From Escherichia phage vB_EcoM-UFV13, in sequence record NC_031103.1: DNA of 64,000 nucleotides; one strand, written 5' to 3'. This document shows, in pieces, positions 39,401-49,734 of this stretch. Below the pieces are notes generated by a model. It saw only the letters and a list, made by a program, of their open reading frames with translations. It did no database searches and was not told the DNA's origin. The position numbers and the translations under genes were made by a program. Every line of letters starts with the position of its first letter. Within the stretch, counting starts at the first letter, position 1.

Positions 39401-39575
39401 GGAGTTTGATTTCCTTAGCAACTGAACTAAATACAGCACGGTCACAAATCATCTGTTTATGTAACTTGAGTATAAGATAATAAACTTCAAAACCGTTTAC
39501 ATAAGTAACACGAACAACATTACCATTAATAAAATAATATTGTCCCTTTTTAATTTCTTTATCAACCACAACCAT
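39393..39575 (-). CDS. hypothetical small protein
   Basis: 60 aa; early promoter upstream. Confidence 0.45.
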   Translation of the reverse strand: MVVVDKEIKKGQYYFINGNVVRVTYVNGFEVYYLILKLHKQMICDRAVFSSVAKEIKLHG

Positions 39576-39605
39576 ATCAAATCCTCAAAGGCAATTCATA
39601 TGTTA

Positions 39606-39635
39606 ATAATACCACAGTTTGAACTTCTTGTAAAC
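39606..39635 (-). promoter_or_regulatory. early promoter
   Basis: GTTTAC-18-TATTAT. Confidence 0.5.
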
Positions 39636-39733
39636 AACTTTGTGAAAAATATTTTAGGGAATGACAAGAAGGGAACGATAGCTTAGAATGGTAATATACA
39701 GAATGCGAGAAAGAAAGGCCCAGAGGGCCCGTC

Positions 39734-40042
39734 TTAATCTTCTATGATATCTCTATCATATCCAAGTGAAATGAGAGTTTCTTTGAAGTGTTTAATGTTC
39801 TTTTGTCTAGAATCATTAATGAAAATGACCGGATAACGAATGTTAAGAGATGTGAATCCAGCGCGTTTAGCAAGAGATACAATCAGTGGACGATCATACT
39901 CAATCTTACCATTATTTGTAAGAACTTTATAGAAAGTAAAAGGAGCATTGAGCTCCTTTAGAAGTTTTGTAACTGATTGACATCCAGGACAACGACCTAC
40001 TTCATCTGGAATTCCATAGACTTCAATCTTATTTTGTTTCAC
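39734..40042 (-). CDS. nrdH: glutaredoxin-like protein NrdH
   Basis: 102 aa; CPGC redox motif. Confidence 0.75.
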   Translation of the reverse strand: MKQNKIEVYGIPDEVGRCPGCQSVTKLLKELNAPFTFYKVLTNNGKIEYDRPLIVSLAKRAGFTSLNIRYPVIFINDSRQKNIKHFKETLISLGYDRDIIED

Positions 40043-40044
40043 AA

Positions 40045-40257
40045 CTATTCCTTACTAAGAGCAGCATTCAGCTTGTTAGTAATTTTATCCAAACGCTCAT
40101 TGAACTCACTAGAAGATAAGCCCTTTTCTGGAGAAATCAAACTAATCACGAAAAATATAGCAATAAAAGGAATAAGAAAAATAGCACCAACTGCCATGAA
40201 CAAAAAGAATGTTACAGTTGTAAGAAAATCAGCTAAACCTTTACGAAATTTATACAT
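40045..40257 (-). CDS. small membrane protein
   Basis: 70 aa with hydrophobic core. Confidence 0.5.
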   Translation of the reverse strand: MYKFRKGLADFLTTVTFFLFMAVGAIFLIPFIAIFFVISLISPEKGLSSSEFNERLDKITNKLNAALSKE

Positions 40258-40372
40258 ATTTTACCCTTAATTGATTAACCAAGCATTGATAAGTACTAAA
40301 CTATACTGTGAATAAAATTCTGGACCAAAATGAAAAATCATATCATTTATAGTATCCATAATATAATTCAAT

Positions 40373-40843
40373 TTAATCATGTGTCCACACCCCATCGGTA
40401 TTTGACCAAAGTCGCTGATTATCTGATCCTCGCCACAGCTTTTTGGTCGGAAGATTTTTCTCATACTTCCCATCAATAATAACATCAACATATTTAAGCA
40501 TTTCTAGTTGTTTAATATCTTCAAACTTATATCCTGTCCACAACCAAATGCTTTTACTGGGATAAAGATTTTTTACTGTTTGAACAATGCAATGAATCAC
40601 ATCTCTGTTATCAGGATAAAGAGGGTCACCCCCAGTTATAGTTAATCCTTCTATATAATCATTATTCAAACATTCAATTAATTGCTCTAGTGTCTCTCCA
40701 GTGAATGGAATACCATTTCTAGCATTCCATGTTGATTTATTATAACACCCTTCGCATTTATGCAAACAACCTGTAACGAAAAGAACGACCCTGCATCCAG
40801 GGCCATTCACAAAATCGCAAGGATAAAATCTATCATAATTCAT
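40373..40843 (-). CDS. nrdG: anaerobic ribonucleotide reductase activating protein NrdG
   Basis: 156 aa; radical SAM CxxxCxxC (CLHKCEGC). Confidence 0.85.
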   Translation of the reverse strand: MNYDRFYPCDFVNGPGCRVVLFVTGCLHKCEGCYNKSTWNARNGIPFTGETLEQLIECLNNDYIEGLTITGGDPLYPDNRDVIHCIVQTVKNLYPSKSIWLWTGYKFEDIKQLEMLKYVDVIIDGKYEKNLPTKKLWRGSDNQRLWSNTDGVWTHD

Positions 40844-42657
40844 TGGTGTTTAACCCTATGCATGATTTCTTTATTTTTGCCGAGATTAAATCCGCGTTCA
40901 TTCGGATTTCCCAAATAACCACAAGTTCTTCTTATTGTGTTCATCTTTTTAGGATCAGTTTCTCCACAAATAGAACAAACAAATCCGTTTTCAGTAGGAG
41001 TCATTTCATGGGTACTTCCACACGTAAAACATTTATCTACTGGCATGTTAACACCAAAATAATCTAAATGTTGTGCGGCATAATCCCATACAGCCTCAAG
41101 ACCTTTTAGGTTATTTTTCATATCAGGAAGTTCAACATAAGAAATGTGACCACCTGTCGCAATGAAATGATATGGTGCTTCACGAGAAATCTTTTCAAAC
41201 GGAGTAATATTTTCTTCTACTGAAACATGGAAACTATTAGTGTACCAGCCTTTATCAGTAACATCCTTTACACTTCCATATTTCTCAGTATCAAGTTTAC
41301 AGAAGCGATAACAAAGGTTTTCAGCAGGTGTAGAATACAAGCTAAAAGCAAAACCAGTTCTTTCAGTCCACTGCTTAAGACGAGCATTCATTTTAGTTAA
41401 AATTTCTTGTCCAATATCACGACCGACAAGAATATTCAATTCGTGAATACCAATGTATCCTAAGGACACTGAACTTCTACCGTTTTTAAATAACTCAATT
41501 ATGTCGTCATCAGGTTTAAGACGAACCCCGAATGCACCTTCTTGGTAAAGAATAGGAGCAACAGTCGCTTTAACTCCTTTTAAGGAACTAATTCTACACA
41601 TCAAAGCTTCAAAACACAGATCCATTCGTTCATTGAATAATTCAACAAATTTCTGTTCATTGAACTGTGTTCCAATATAAGAATCTAACGCGATGCGAGG
41701 AAGATTCAGTGTTACAACACCAAGATTATTACGTCCATCAAGAATTTCATTACCAGTCGAATCTTTCCATACGCTCAAGAAACTACGGCAACCCATTGGA
41801 GAAACAGGAACAGATGAACCAGTGATAGCTTTATTGTTCTTAGCTGAAATAATATCAGGATACATCCTTTTGCTTGCACACTCTAGAGCAAGCTGTTTAA
41901 TATCATAGTTCGGATCGTCTTTATAAAGATTAACACCTTCTTCAACGAACATAACAAGCTTAGGGAAAATAGGAGTTATCCCATCACGACCGAGACCTTT
42001 AATACGATTTTTCAGAATTGCTTTCTGAATCATTCGTTCAGTCCAGTCAGTTCCTGTACCAAATGTAATTGTTACAAAAGGTGTTTGTCCGTTTGAACTA
42101 AAGAGAGTATTTACTTCATATTCATAAGCTTGGAATGCATCGTATACGTCTTTTTCTGTTTTAGATTGAGCATAATTCAACGCATCAGCGATTTGCCATT
42201 TTTCTGCATCCTCAATATGTTTTGCATAGGTGCGTTTAACATAAGGAGAAAGTACTTTATCTACATTCGCAAAAGTCGTTCCGCCGTATTGATGGGAAGC
42301 AACCTGTGCAGTAATTTGTGCCATAATTGCAGTAGCAACACCGATTGATTTAGGAGTTTCAATCTGTGCATTACCAAGCTTAAATCCATTCTCAAGCATT
42401 CCTTTTAAATCTACTAAACAACAATTAGTAAATGGAAGAGCAGGGGAATAATCAATATCATGGAAATGAATAATTCCGCTTTCATGCGCTTTCATAATAA
42501 AAGACGGGACCATATTTTTGGCAATGTGCTTAGACACAATACCAGCCATAAGGTCCCGTTGAGTTGGAAAAACACGAGAATCTTTATTAGCATTCTCGTT
42601 TAAAAGGTCTTTATTAGTTTTATGAATCAATCCTTCAATTTCTTTTTCAATTGTCAT
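40840..42657 (-). CDS. nrdD: anaerobic ribonucleoside-triphosphate reductase NrdD, continuous (no intron)
   Basis: 605 aa; C-terminal zinc ribbon and glycyl radical motif RRTCGYLG. Confidence 0.9.
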   Translation of the reverse strand: MTIEKEIEGLIHKTNKDLLNENANKDSRVFPTQRDLMAGIVSKHIAKNMVPSFIMKAHESGIIHFHDIDYSPALPFTNCCLVDLKGMLENGFKLGNAQIETPKSIGVATAIMAQITAQVASHQYGGTTFANVDKVLSPYVKRTYAKHIEDAEKWQIADALNYAQSKTEKDVYDAFQAYEYEVNTLFSSNGQTPFVTITFGTGTDWTERMIQKAILKNRIKGLGRDGITPIFPKLVMFVEEGVNLYKDDPNYDIKQLALECASKRMYPDIISAKNNKAITGSSVPVSPMGCRSFLSVWKDSTGNEILDGRNNLGVVTLNLPRIALDSYIGTQFNEQKFVELFNERMDLCFEALMCRISSLKGVKATVAPILYQEGAFGVRLKPDDDIIELFKNGRSSVSLGYIGIHELNILVGRDIGQEILTKMNARLKQWTERTGFAFSLYSTPAENLCYRFCKLDTEKYGSVKDVTDKGWYTNSFHVSVEENITPFEKISREAPYHFIATGGHISYVELPDMKNNLKGLEAVWDYAAQHLDYFGVNMPVDKCFTCGSTHEMTPTENGFVCSICGETDPKKMNTIRRTCGYLGNPNERGFNLGKNKEIMHRVKHQ

Positions 42658-43127
42658 TTTAAACTCTTTCTAAGCTGCTTCTTAAATGAAGCTATTAATT
42701 GTGTTTTGGTGTCAGATTCATTATATTCAAATCCTCTTTGAAGCATCTCGGCCATCATTTCCTCTTTTCCTAAACGAGAAAATTCCTTTGATTTATCTCC
42801 AACGAAGTTAGGGTGAATATTATTTTGGGTGTAATCGGATTTTAAATAAGTAAGTAAATTTTCTAACCATTCAAGATAATCAACACCTTGTCCCTTTAAG
42901 CCAGAACGATTAAATTTATGCTTCATTTGACCTTCTGCGGCATTGCAGAGATTACAAAGCAATCCACGTACCTTTCCTGCTTTTGGTCCATTTAATTCAT
43001 GGTCATGGTCGAGGTGATTAGCTTGAACATCAGGATTTAGTTCTCGTTGGCAAATTAAGCATTTACCATTTTGTGCATCATAAAATTTCTGTTTTTCTTC
43101 TTTATATAATTTGCCAGTCAATAACAT
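42654..43127 (-). CDS. 49: endonuclease VII gp49
   Basis: 157 aa; matches T4 endonuclease VII as recalled. Confidence 0.95.
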   Translation of the reverse strand: MLLTGKLYKEEKQKFYDAQNGKCLICQRELNPDVQANHLDHDHELNGPKAGKVRGLLCNLCNAAEGQMKHKFNRSGLKGQGVDYLEWLENLLTYLKSDYTQNNIHPNFVGDKSKEFSRLGKEEMMAEMLQRGFEYNESDTKTQLIASFKKQLRKSLK

Positions 43128-43168
43128 AATAAACCCTTACCTTAAATAGATAAGGGTATTTATTATTT

Positions 43169-43654
43169 TCAAGTATTGTAAAACATTTGATTCAATCGCT
43201 TATATTGCCGAATCTTTTGGTCAGAAAAAGAAATTTGGGTTTCAAGCCATTCAATATATTCTGCCGCAGCTTGCATCAAATTTCCTTCATAGCCATCGTT
43301 ATTTTCTTGTGCAGCTAATTTAGCTAATGCATATGAAATACGTTCACCTTGAAAATCGGCTTTAGGCTTCTGAACAACTTGATTAGTTCGCTCTACAACT
43401 TCTTCAATTTCGCCATTTTCGACTGATTCAGTATTCCACAAGCACCAATACGTAATTGGCTTATCGTAGATGTTAATAATCTTTCCATCATAAAGTTCAA
43501 TTTCAATAATTCCAGTGTCAGGCTCTATATCATCTTCACATTCTTTTGCAAGTTCACGAACTTTAAAGACAGTACCTGCACTAAGTTCCGGCCAGTAATT
43601 ACACAGCCCTGTATCAGCACGATTAATTCTAAACCACTTATCTACTGTAATCAT
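43169..43654 (-). CDS. hypothetical protein (T4 pin size/position)
   Basis: ATG at 43654 gives 161 aa; identity with Pin not verified. Confidence 0.5.
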   Translation of the reverse strand: MITVDKWFRINRADTGLCNYWPELSAGTVFKVRELAKECEDDIEPDTGIIEIELYDGKIINIYDKPITYWCLWNTESVENGEIEEVVERTNQVVQKPKADFQGERISYALAKLAAQENNDGYEGNLMQAAAEYIEWLETQISFSDQKIRQYKRLNQMFYNT

Positions 43655-43777
43655 GTCCCATCTCCATATCAATTAAGTCATTTATCGTTGGTTCATTATA
43701 TACTGTTTCTTCATCAGTGTAAACCGGTTCTTCCGGCTCTGGCTCTACAGTTTCCCATCTAGCCGCCCACCAAGGTT

Positions 43778-44098
43778 TTATAGCGTAATCCATTCTCGTA
43801 CTGTCTGAGTTACTACACGTTCACGGGGCTCGACTAGTTCAACAGTCGGAACTGCATAATACCAGTCAGAATGATAAGAACCTGACCGAGATTCATTTAC
43901 AGCCACATGTACATTATGTTTTGGACTAAAGTAAACACACTGACGATATTGACATTTACCATCTTGCACCCAGTCTTCTATTTCGACAGGTTTAAGATAA
44001 TCGGAAAAATCGAAATCATAGTTTTCCGAAAATGCATCATGGTCTTCAATGATTTCGCTCAGAACTGCATCAACATCTAATTTATTTTCAATAGTCAT
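43778..44098 (-). CDS. hypothetical acidic protein
   Basis: 106-aa ORF. Confidence 0.5.
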   Translation of the reverse strand: MTIENKLDVDAVLSEIIEDHDAFSENYDFDFSDYLKPVEIEDWVQDGKCQYRQCVYFSPKHNVHVAVNESRSGSYHSDWYYAVPTVELVEPRERVVTQTVREWITL

Positions 44099-44108
44099 TT
44101 TTCACCAA

Positions 44109-44279
44109 TTAATTTCGCAATTTATTAAGTTCTTCATCATCAATCCAGGATTCTAGTCCTGATGGCAGGTCACATTCAATTTCCCAAAGAAGTTCTTCAA
44201 TTTTCTGAAGACGATCTAGTTCTTCGGCTGGAATAGTAACCATTGACGGAGCTCGTGATACATTAATATCGTAAATCAT
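44109..44279 (-). CDS. hypothetical small protein
   Basis: 56 aa hand-translated; coordinates approximate. Confidence 0.35.
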   Translation of the reverse strand: MIYDINVSRAPSMVTIPAEELDRLQKIEELLWEIECDLPSGLESWIDDEELNKLRN

Positions 44280-44281
44280 AT

Positions 44282-44497
44282 TTACCCCAATTTAACCATA
44301 CAATCGCCGTATTTCCACTTAGAAATAGACTTTTCACCATTAGAATAATAAACTTCGAGTTTAGCACGATTATTTTTAATTTGAATAACCTTGGCTGTCA
44401 TCAAAGTTCCATACCCATAATAAACTGCAACTTCATCACCTACATATACCGTGCTTCCGCGGTAATCATGAATATAGTCAGTTCCTTCGAGCATCAT
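44282..44497 (-). CDS. hypothetical small protein
   Basis: 71-aa ORF. Confidence 0.5.
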   Translation of the reverse strand: MMLEGTDYIHDYRGSTVYVGDEVAVYYGYGTLMTAKVIQIKNNRAKLEVYYSNGEKSISKWKYGDCMVKLG

Positions 44498-44757
44498 TTA
44501 AAATATTCCCGCAATTGGTCAAATCCACCAATATGACTTCCATCCGGAGCAAATACCTGGGGCATTGTCAAGCCGATTTGAGTATCACGACCTAGTTTAG
44601 TCAGAAGCTCAGCGATTTTCTCATCATCAAAAACACCTTTTTCCGGCATAATGTTGATAAATTCAAACGGTTGTTTCTTCACTGTCAAAAGACGTTTTGC
44701 ATTATCGCAATACACACATTTATGGATGTTGCTATCATAACCATATACTTTAAACAT
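44494..44757 (-). CDS. nrdC: glutaredoxin/thioredoxin NrdC
   Basis: 87 aa; CVYC motif; matches T4 NrdC as recalled. Confidence 0.9.
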   Translation of the reverse strand: MFKVYGYDSNIHKCVYCDNAKRLLTVKKQPFEFINIMPEKGVFDDEKIAELLTKLGRDTQIGLTMPQVFAPDGSHIGGFDQLREYFK

Positions 44758-44758
44758 A

Positions 44759-45016
44759 TTATTCCTTAATTCCTAGTACTTGTTTAAAAGTCTCGTCGTA
44801 ATCAAGACTTTGGCCCGTTTGTTCTTTATGTTTGTATATAATATCACTTACTTCTGATAGCATATTTTTATATGAACGAGTTAAAGCAGATTTAAGCACG
44901 CTGTATCTATCAGGAAATTTACCGTGTTCATTATAATAAGCTATTGCTAATTCACGGACTGCCTTTTCAGCAGTCTCCATATATTCTTTACGTTTGGTCA
45001 TTTTCTTCTCGGTCAA
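44759..45016 (-). CDS. hypothetical small protein
   Basis: 85-aa ORF. Confidence 0.5.
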
Positions 45017-45305
45017 ATCGGTGTTTACAATGGCGACATTTATAACGAAGATTATTAGTCTGCCAATGGACTAATTGCACCTGTTCAGTACCGCATTCAG
45101 GACAATTAGGAACGTTTTTAGAAGCTCTTTCACGTCGCTCAACCATAACCATAATAGCGTCCCAGGCTGGCGGTTTAAAATCTAAATCGTCACAACCATG
45201 AATCTTTCCACGCATTTCCAAATCGTCTTCTTCACCAGCCATAATAATTTTAATTAGACTAGAATTACTTGAAGCTGCAATGTCTTCTAATAAACGCTTT
45301 TTCAT
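44988..45305 (-). CDS. zinc-ribbon protein
   Basis: CPECG...CRHCKHRF; start uncertain. Confidence 0.45.
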
Positions 45306-46231
45306 TTCAATACCTCAATAGCATTACGTAAACCATTTGCTTTGGCAGTTAAAGTCTTAAGAACTTCAGTTTGCTCTTCAATCTGTTTTTCAACTTCAAT
45401 CAAACGGGCATTGAGATATTCACGTTCTTCACTCAGATTATCAACCTTTTCTACTTTAGGCTCTTTTACAACTGTCTTATATGTATTAGGGTTCTTCAGT
45501 TTAATTAGAATGCGTGAACTGTATAACATTAAACCATTATCTTCGGTTTCGTCATACATTTCCACTACGTCCATGATTTTTAACATCATGCGGAGTTTAT
45601 AAGACAACGAACGAATAGTTTTGTTGTGCTTATTAATTTCTTTAGCTGTCATGGTGCCAAGATTACGTGAGTAATAATAAGGAACCTGGATATTAATTAA
45701 TACTGATGAACCACCTGGCTTGTGTGTTACTTCATCAGCAATAACCCAGTCCTTAACATGAACTGTATTTGTACGGTCATCGCCCGCGGTAAATAGTTTA
45801 CGAGCATGCTTAAAAAGCATATTCACTTGGTCATTGAATTGACAAGCGAACTTATCAGCAAATTTAGTTTCAGGAATGGTAGATAACCAATCAGCCAAAT
45901 GGGTCTTTTTAACATCGTTAACAATAGTAAATTCAACCAAATCGGTTATAGATGTCGCAGATTTAATGAAGCTCGGCTTCATAAAGTTTTCAATGTTATC
46001 ACGAGCTACAGTAGAAGATAACATACGAGAACGTTTAAACCATTCAAGCAAATTGCCTACCGAATAAGAATAAGCGTTTTGAGTATCTTTACAGATATGA
46101 TTTTCCTGGCCAACATATTGAAGAAAATCACGAAGAATATTATTGATTACTGCTCTGTGTCCGATTTGATAATTACGGTGTTTAGTAATAAGACTGTCAA
46201 AATAATCAATATAATGCTTACGAGTTTTCAT
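45302..46231 (-). CDS. coiled-coil-tailed protein, paralog family member A
   Basis: 309 aa; shared internal motif and C-terminal heptad-repeat tail. Confidence 0.55.
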   Translation of the reverse strand: MKTRKHYIDYFDSLITKHRNYQIGHRAVINNILRDFLQYVGQENHICKDTQNAYSYSVGNLLEWFKRSRMLSSTVARDNIENFMKPSFIKSATSITDLVEFTIVNDVKKTHLADWLSTIPETKFADKFACQFNDQVNMLFKHARKLFTAGDDRTNTVHVKDWVIADEVTHKPGGSSVLINIQVPYYYSRNLGTMTAKEINKHNKTIRSLSYKLRMMLKIMDVVEMYDETEDNGLMLYSSRILIKLKNPNTYKTVVKEPKVEKVDNLSEEREYLNARLIEVEKQIEEQTEVLKTLTAKANGLRNAIEVLK

Positions 46232-46283
46232 GTTCTTCTCACTTGGTTAATGATTTATACTCCGAGCCATCCTTGGCTTTAAA

Positions 46284-47285
46284 TTACTTAATTAACTGTA
46301 AAGCTTGTTCAAGACGATCCAAGCGATTGACAGATTCTTCCCAAATCTTTTTAGCCTGCTCATATTCTTTCTGCGCTTTATTAGAAATTTCTAGAACTTC
46401 TTTATAAGCTTTTTCTAGTGCAATAACTTCTGGACGAATTTCTGCCGGTTCAGGCGAATCATCAAGATTATCCATTAGTTCCTCAAGGGTAGTTTCTTCT
46501 TTAGGAGTATTCACAATTTCCTCACATTTTTGTTGATAAATTTCTTTATCAGTAGGTGAATAAGCACATTTCACTTCACGAAGACTAATTACAATTTTAT
46601 ATCCTTCCCATCCGCATATATTCTTAAAAGGATATGTATGAATATTTTCTACTGTTTCCATACAAAGTAATGCAGTCTCTAACTGACGAGTTATAGTGCT
46701 AGCAATTGAGAAAAATTTATTAATATTCTTTTGGTTAGTTTCTGGTGTAAAAAATCCATAATTCACAAAAATAGCTACTTTATTTTTATCAAGCTCATAT
46801 TCTTTTACGATAATCATATCAGAAGCCAAAGGATGAATTTGACGATAATCGCCATAACATAATTTAGAAGCTGATTTTAGAATTTGTCCTTTGAAAAGTC
46901 TGAAATTACTAATCCAACGACGAGTAAAAATATTCTCAGGGTCTTCTTTATTATTAAGATGATAAGAATTAACATCACCGAACCAATTATATCCTACTAC
47001 ATCTTTAGTTCGTTTAATTTCTTTCCCAAAATTACCAAGAATATCCCGATTAACCAAATATGAAAGAAGACGAGACTCTTTAAAGGTTTTCTTGATAACA
47101 TCTTTATCTACACGGCTAGAAATTTTACGAATTTCATGAATAAATTTAGCAGAAGAAACAATACTTGCATCAACACTATTGAGCCATTGATTGATAATAG
47201 AAAGAACGATATTTTGACCAAACATCGGTATAGCTTTATCATCAATAACGCTATTGAATGATTTGATATATTCGGTACGAGTCAT
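46284..47285 (-). CDS. coiled-coil-tailed protein, paralog family member B
   Basis: ATG at 47285 preceded by GAGGAG; track start is TTG inside promoter. Confidence 0.55.
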   Translation of the reverse strand: MTRTEYIKSFNSVIDDKAIPMFGQNIVLSIINQWLNSVDASIVSSAKFIHEIRKISSRVDKDVIKKTFKESRLLSYLVNRDILGNFGKEIKRTKDVVGYNWFGDVNSYHLNNKEDPENIFTRRWISNFRLFKGQILKSASKLCYGDYRQIHPLASDMIIVKEYELDKNKVAIFVNYGFFTPETNQKNINKFFSIASTITRQLETALLCMETVENIHTYPFKNICGWEGYKIVISLREVKCAYSPTDKEIYQQKCEEIVNTPKEETTLEELMDNLDDSPEPAEIRPEVIALEKAYKEVLEISNKAQKEYEQAKKIWEESVNRLDRLEQALQLIK

Positions 47286-47313
47286 AATAATCTCCTCAGT
47301 AGAAAGTAAGAAC

Positions 47314-47343
47314 ATTATACCACATCCTTGTGGCAAAGTAAAC
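47314..47343 (-). promoter_or_regulatory. early promoter
   Basis: GTTTAC-18-TATAAT; near-identical to promoter at 2418-2447. Confidence 0.6.
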
Positions 47344-48368
47344 TAGTTCAGTGCATTTAGTGCATTGTTCAGTTTAGAACGTTGCTTCGTAAGATTTTTG
47401 ACTTTTTCTTGAGCTTTTTCCAACATCTTTTCAGCTTCTAGCACTTCATTAGTTGCTTTAACGAGTTCATCATCTACTGCCTTGATAGACTTCTCAATCG
47501 CATCTGCATGCCATTTTTCAACAGGTTTAAGACTCGGATTTTCAATAGGAAGAAAATTCACTTTATTGAATTTCCATGCATCTTTATTACCTGAACTATA
47601 CATCCAAAATTTAGGATCGTTTGATAAGTAATTGGATAAATTTAAATTTAAGTTATCTTGTACTTCCTGCTTTTTCTCTTGCGGGACTTCGTCCTTTCTC
47701 AAAAAATCATATTTAAATGAAACAACCATATCAAGTTCATATGTTGTTGTGTCTAATTTAAATCGTTCAAAACGAGGTAAAATCTTAGATTGAACAGCGG
47801 CAACAACATCCATATACTTAAATGCTTCTGTCAACTGTGATTTAAGGCATTCACAAATTGAAAGAGAATTTTTAGTATTAGGCTTAAAGCTAATTCGCGC
47901 AGTTCTATTATTTTCCTTTAATGGTCTTACTTCCATCTGAAGAGTATAACCATCAAATTTAAGATTCTTTAAGTTAATATCAGAACCTTTTAATCGACTA
48001 GCAGTAGACAAAATTTGCTTTAATTGTCTACGGAACAGAGCAATAAATCTCCATTCAATACGATAATGATTTGGATTGAAAAATCCAGATGATAAATCGA
48101 CCTTACTTTGACCAACGCCTTGAACAAATAGAGGATTTTTATAATCAATAGTTTTACAGAAATCGGTGAGCTGCTCACGAGCAGTCATTTGTGTAATATA
48201 TCCCGCTTTACTAAAATGACGTAACCATTCACTGCTATTCATATATTTAAAGTGAATATCACGATTAACTTTATCAGGGTCTAAATTATTTTGGCACAAA
48301 AATGTCATAACATCACGAGTATAGCTGGCATTACGAACCATATCTTCAATTTGAGAACGAGTTTTCAT
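47343..48368 (-). CDS. coiled-coil-tailed protein, paralog family member C
   Basis: 341 aa. Confidence 0.55.
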   Translation of the reverse strand: MKTRSQIEDMVRNASYTRDVMTFLCQNNLDPDKVNRDIHFKYMNSSEWLRHFSKAGYITQMTAREQLTDFCKTIDYKNPLFVQGVGQSKVDLSSGFFNPNHYRIEWRFIALFRRQLKQILSTASRLKGSDINLKNLKFDGYTLQMEVRPLKENNRTARISFKPNTKNSLSICECLKSQLTEAFKYMDVVAAVQSKILPRFERFKLDTTTYELDMVVSFKYDFLRKDEVPQEKKQEVQDNLNLNLSNYLSNDPKFWMYSSGNKDAWKFNKVNFLPIENPSLKPVEKWHADAIEKSIKAVDDELVKATNEVLEAEKMLEKAQEKVKNLTKQRSKLNNALNALN

Positions 48369-48376
48369 GGTGTTCC

Positions 48377-49285
48377 TTAAGATTTAAGTAAATCAACAAT
48401 TTTAATTAATTTTTCACGCTCAGATTTAGCTTTACTACTCAATCCAGATAGTCTGAAAATTTCATCGTCATACTGTTGAATAGAAATATTCAGCTCTTCA
48501 ATTTGCTTATTAAAATAATCAATTTGTTCAGAATGTTTTTCATTACTACGAACTGGTACAGGTTTTGTAGGCAATTTAGTTGAACTGGATTCATCCGGGC
48601 GATAAATTAAAATACAACTTGAACCAATAGGGCATTTTGCACCAGACACATATTCTAATGTTCCAGCTTCTTTTAAAATTTCAAAAGCTAAACAGAGATG
48701 ATGACCCATATTGGCATAATCTGTAGAGTGAGCTCTGACGTAATAATCATCTCCACGAGTGCTAAATTTAAAGCATTTAAGGTCTTCTGTATTATTAGTT
48801 TTAAAAATCATTTGTTTATCTAGACCTTTAGCTAATCGAGCGCCTAATGCTAATAATCGTCGTTGATTTTCCCACAAATCCGCAATCATTTGGTCAAATG
48901 ATAATTTCGGCATTAGTCGACCATAAAGGTCGTATCCTTTATTATAATTGCGAAGGATTTCACTCGCGTTAATACGAGACAATGCTCCAATTTTATTAAG
49001 GGCTTTCATAATGCGATTAGATAAACTCATTCCAGATCCGTTTGTTCGCTGTAAATGTTTTTCTAATCCAAATCCAATATCAACTTTAAACTTATCTAAA
49101 ATTTCGGCATGAACATCTTTATCAATAACATTCAAATCCAAAGTTGGGTTAAATCTATGAAAAAATTTATCTGGCTCTCCACGACGAAGTACAGTCCATT
49201 CATTCAATTTTTTATTAACTAAAGATTTAATTACTGCATTGACATTATTAATTACTACTGACATATTTTCCTCACTCAATTTCAA
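48377..49285 (-). CDS. coiled-coil-tailed protein, paralog family member D
   Basis: 302 aa. Confidence 0.55.
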   Translation of the reverse strand: MKLSEENMSVVINNVNAVIKSLVNKKLNEWTVLRRGEPDKFFHRFNPTLDLNVIDKDVHAEILDKFKVDIGFGLEKHLQRTNGSGMSLSNRIMKALNKIGALSRINASEILRNYNKGYDLYGRLMPKLSFDQMIADLWENQRRLLALGARLAKGLDKQMIFKTNNTEDLKCFKFSTRGDDYYVRAHSTDYANMGHHLCLAFEILKEAGTLEYVSGAKCPIGSSCILIYRPDESSSTKLPTKPVPVRSNEKHSEQIDYFNKQIEELNISIQQYDDEIFRLSGLSSKAKSEREKLIKIVDLLKS

Positions 49286-49679
49286 TTTTACTAAATATAC
49301 AGAATATGATGGAAAAGACTATATAAGCACCACACACAGATTGAACTAATACCATTCCAAAGAACCAAACGATATTATCACACAATGTCTGTTTTACGTC
49401 GAAAGGACGTAAACTTACAGTAATATTATCACCTTTTTCTATTGATGAATACATCTCTGGGGAAATATATTCACTAAATCTATAACCGTCTTTGAGTTCA
49501 TATACGGCAATAAACGATAAACTAGACCCCTTTCCTTGTGTTCCTGTAAAGGTATTAACTACAGTAACATCATAATCTTTATAATGCATATAATCATTAA
49601 TAGCATAATAACCATATGCAACTACTACACATAAACAGCATATCAATAAATTCAATCTTTTAATTATCAACTGTTTCAT
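49272..49679 (-). CDS. membrane protein
   Basis: 135 aa with two hydrophobic segments. Confidence 0.5.
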   Translation of the reverse strand: MKQLIIKRLNLLICCLCVVVAYGYYAINDYMHYKDYDVTVVNTFTGTQGKGSSLSFIAVYELKDGYRFSEYISPEMYSSIEKGDNITVSLRPFDVKQTLCDNIVWFFGMVLVQSVCGAYIVFSIIFCIFSKIEIE

Positions 49680-49734
49680 AATAATCTCAATTAAAAGGGC
49701 TTAGAACCATTATACCATCCTTGGTATAAAGCGG

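Noticed and set aside
39717-39729. Short hairpin after nrdH
   Set aside because: Stem is only 4-5 bp with a 3-5 nt loop that is not CUUCGG-type; too weak to list as a terminator.
40267-40491. Track ORF overlapping the 3' end of nrdG
   Set aside because: Most of it overlaps nrdG; the possible internal starts lack a convincing ribosome-binding site.
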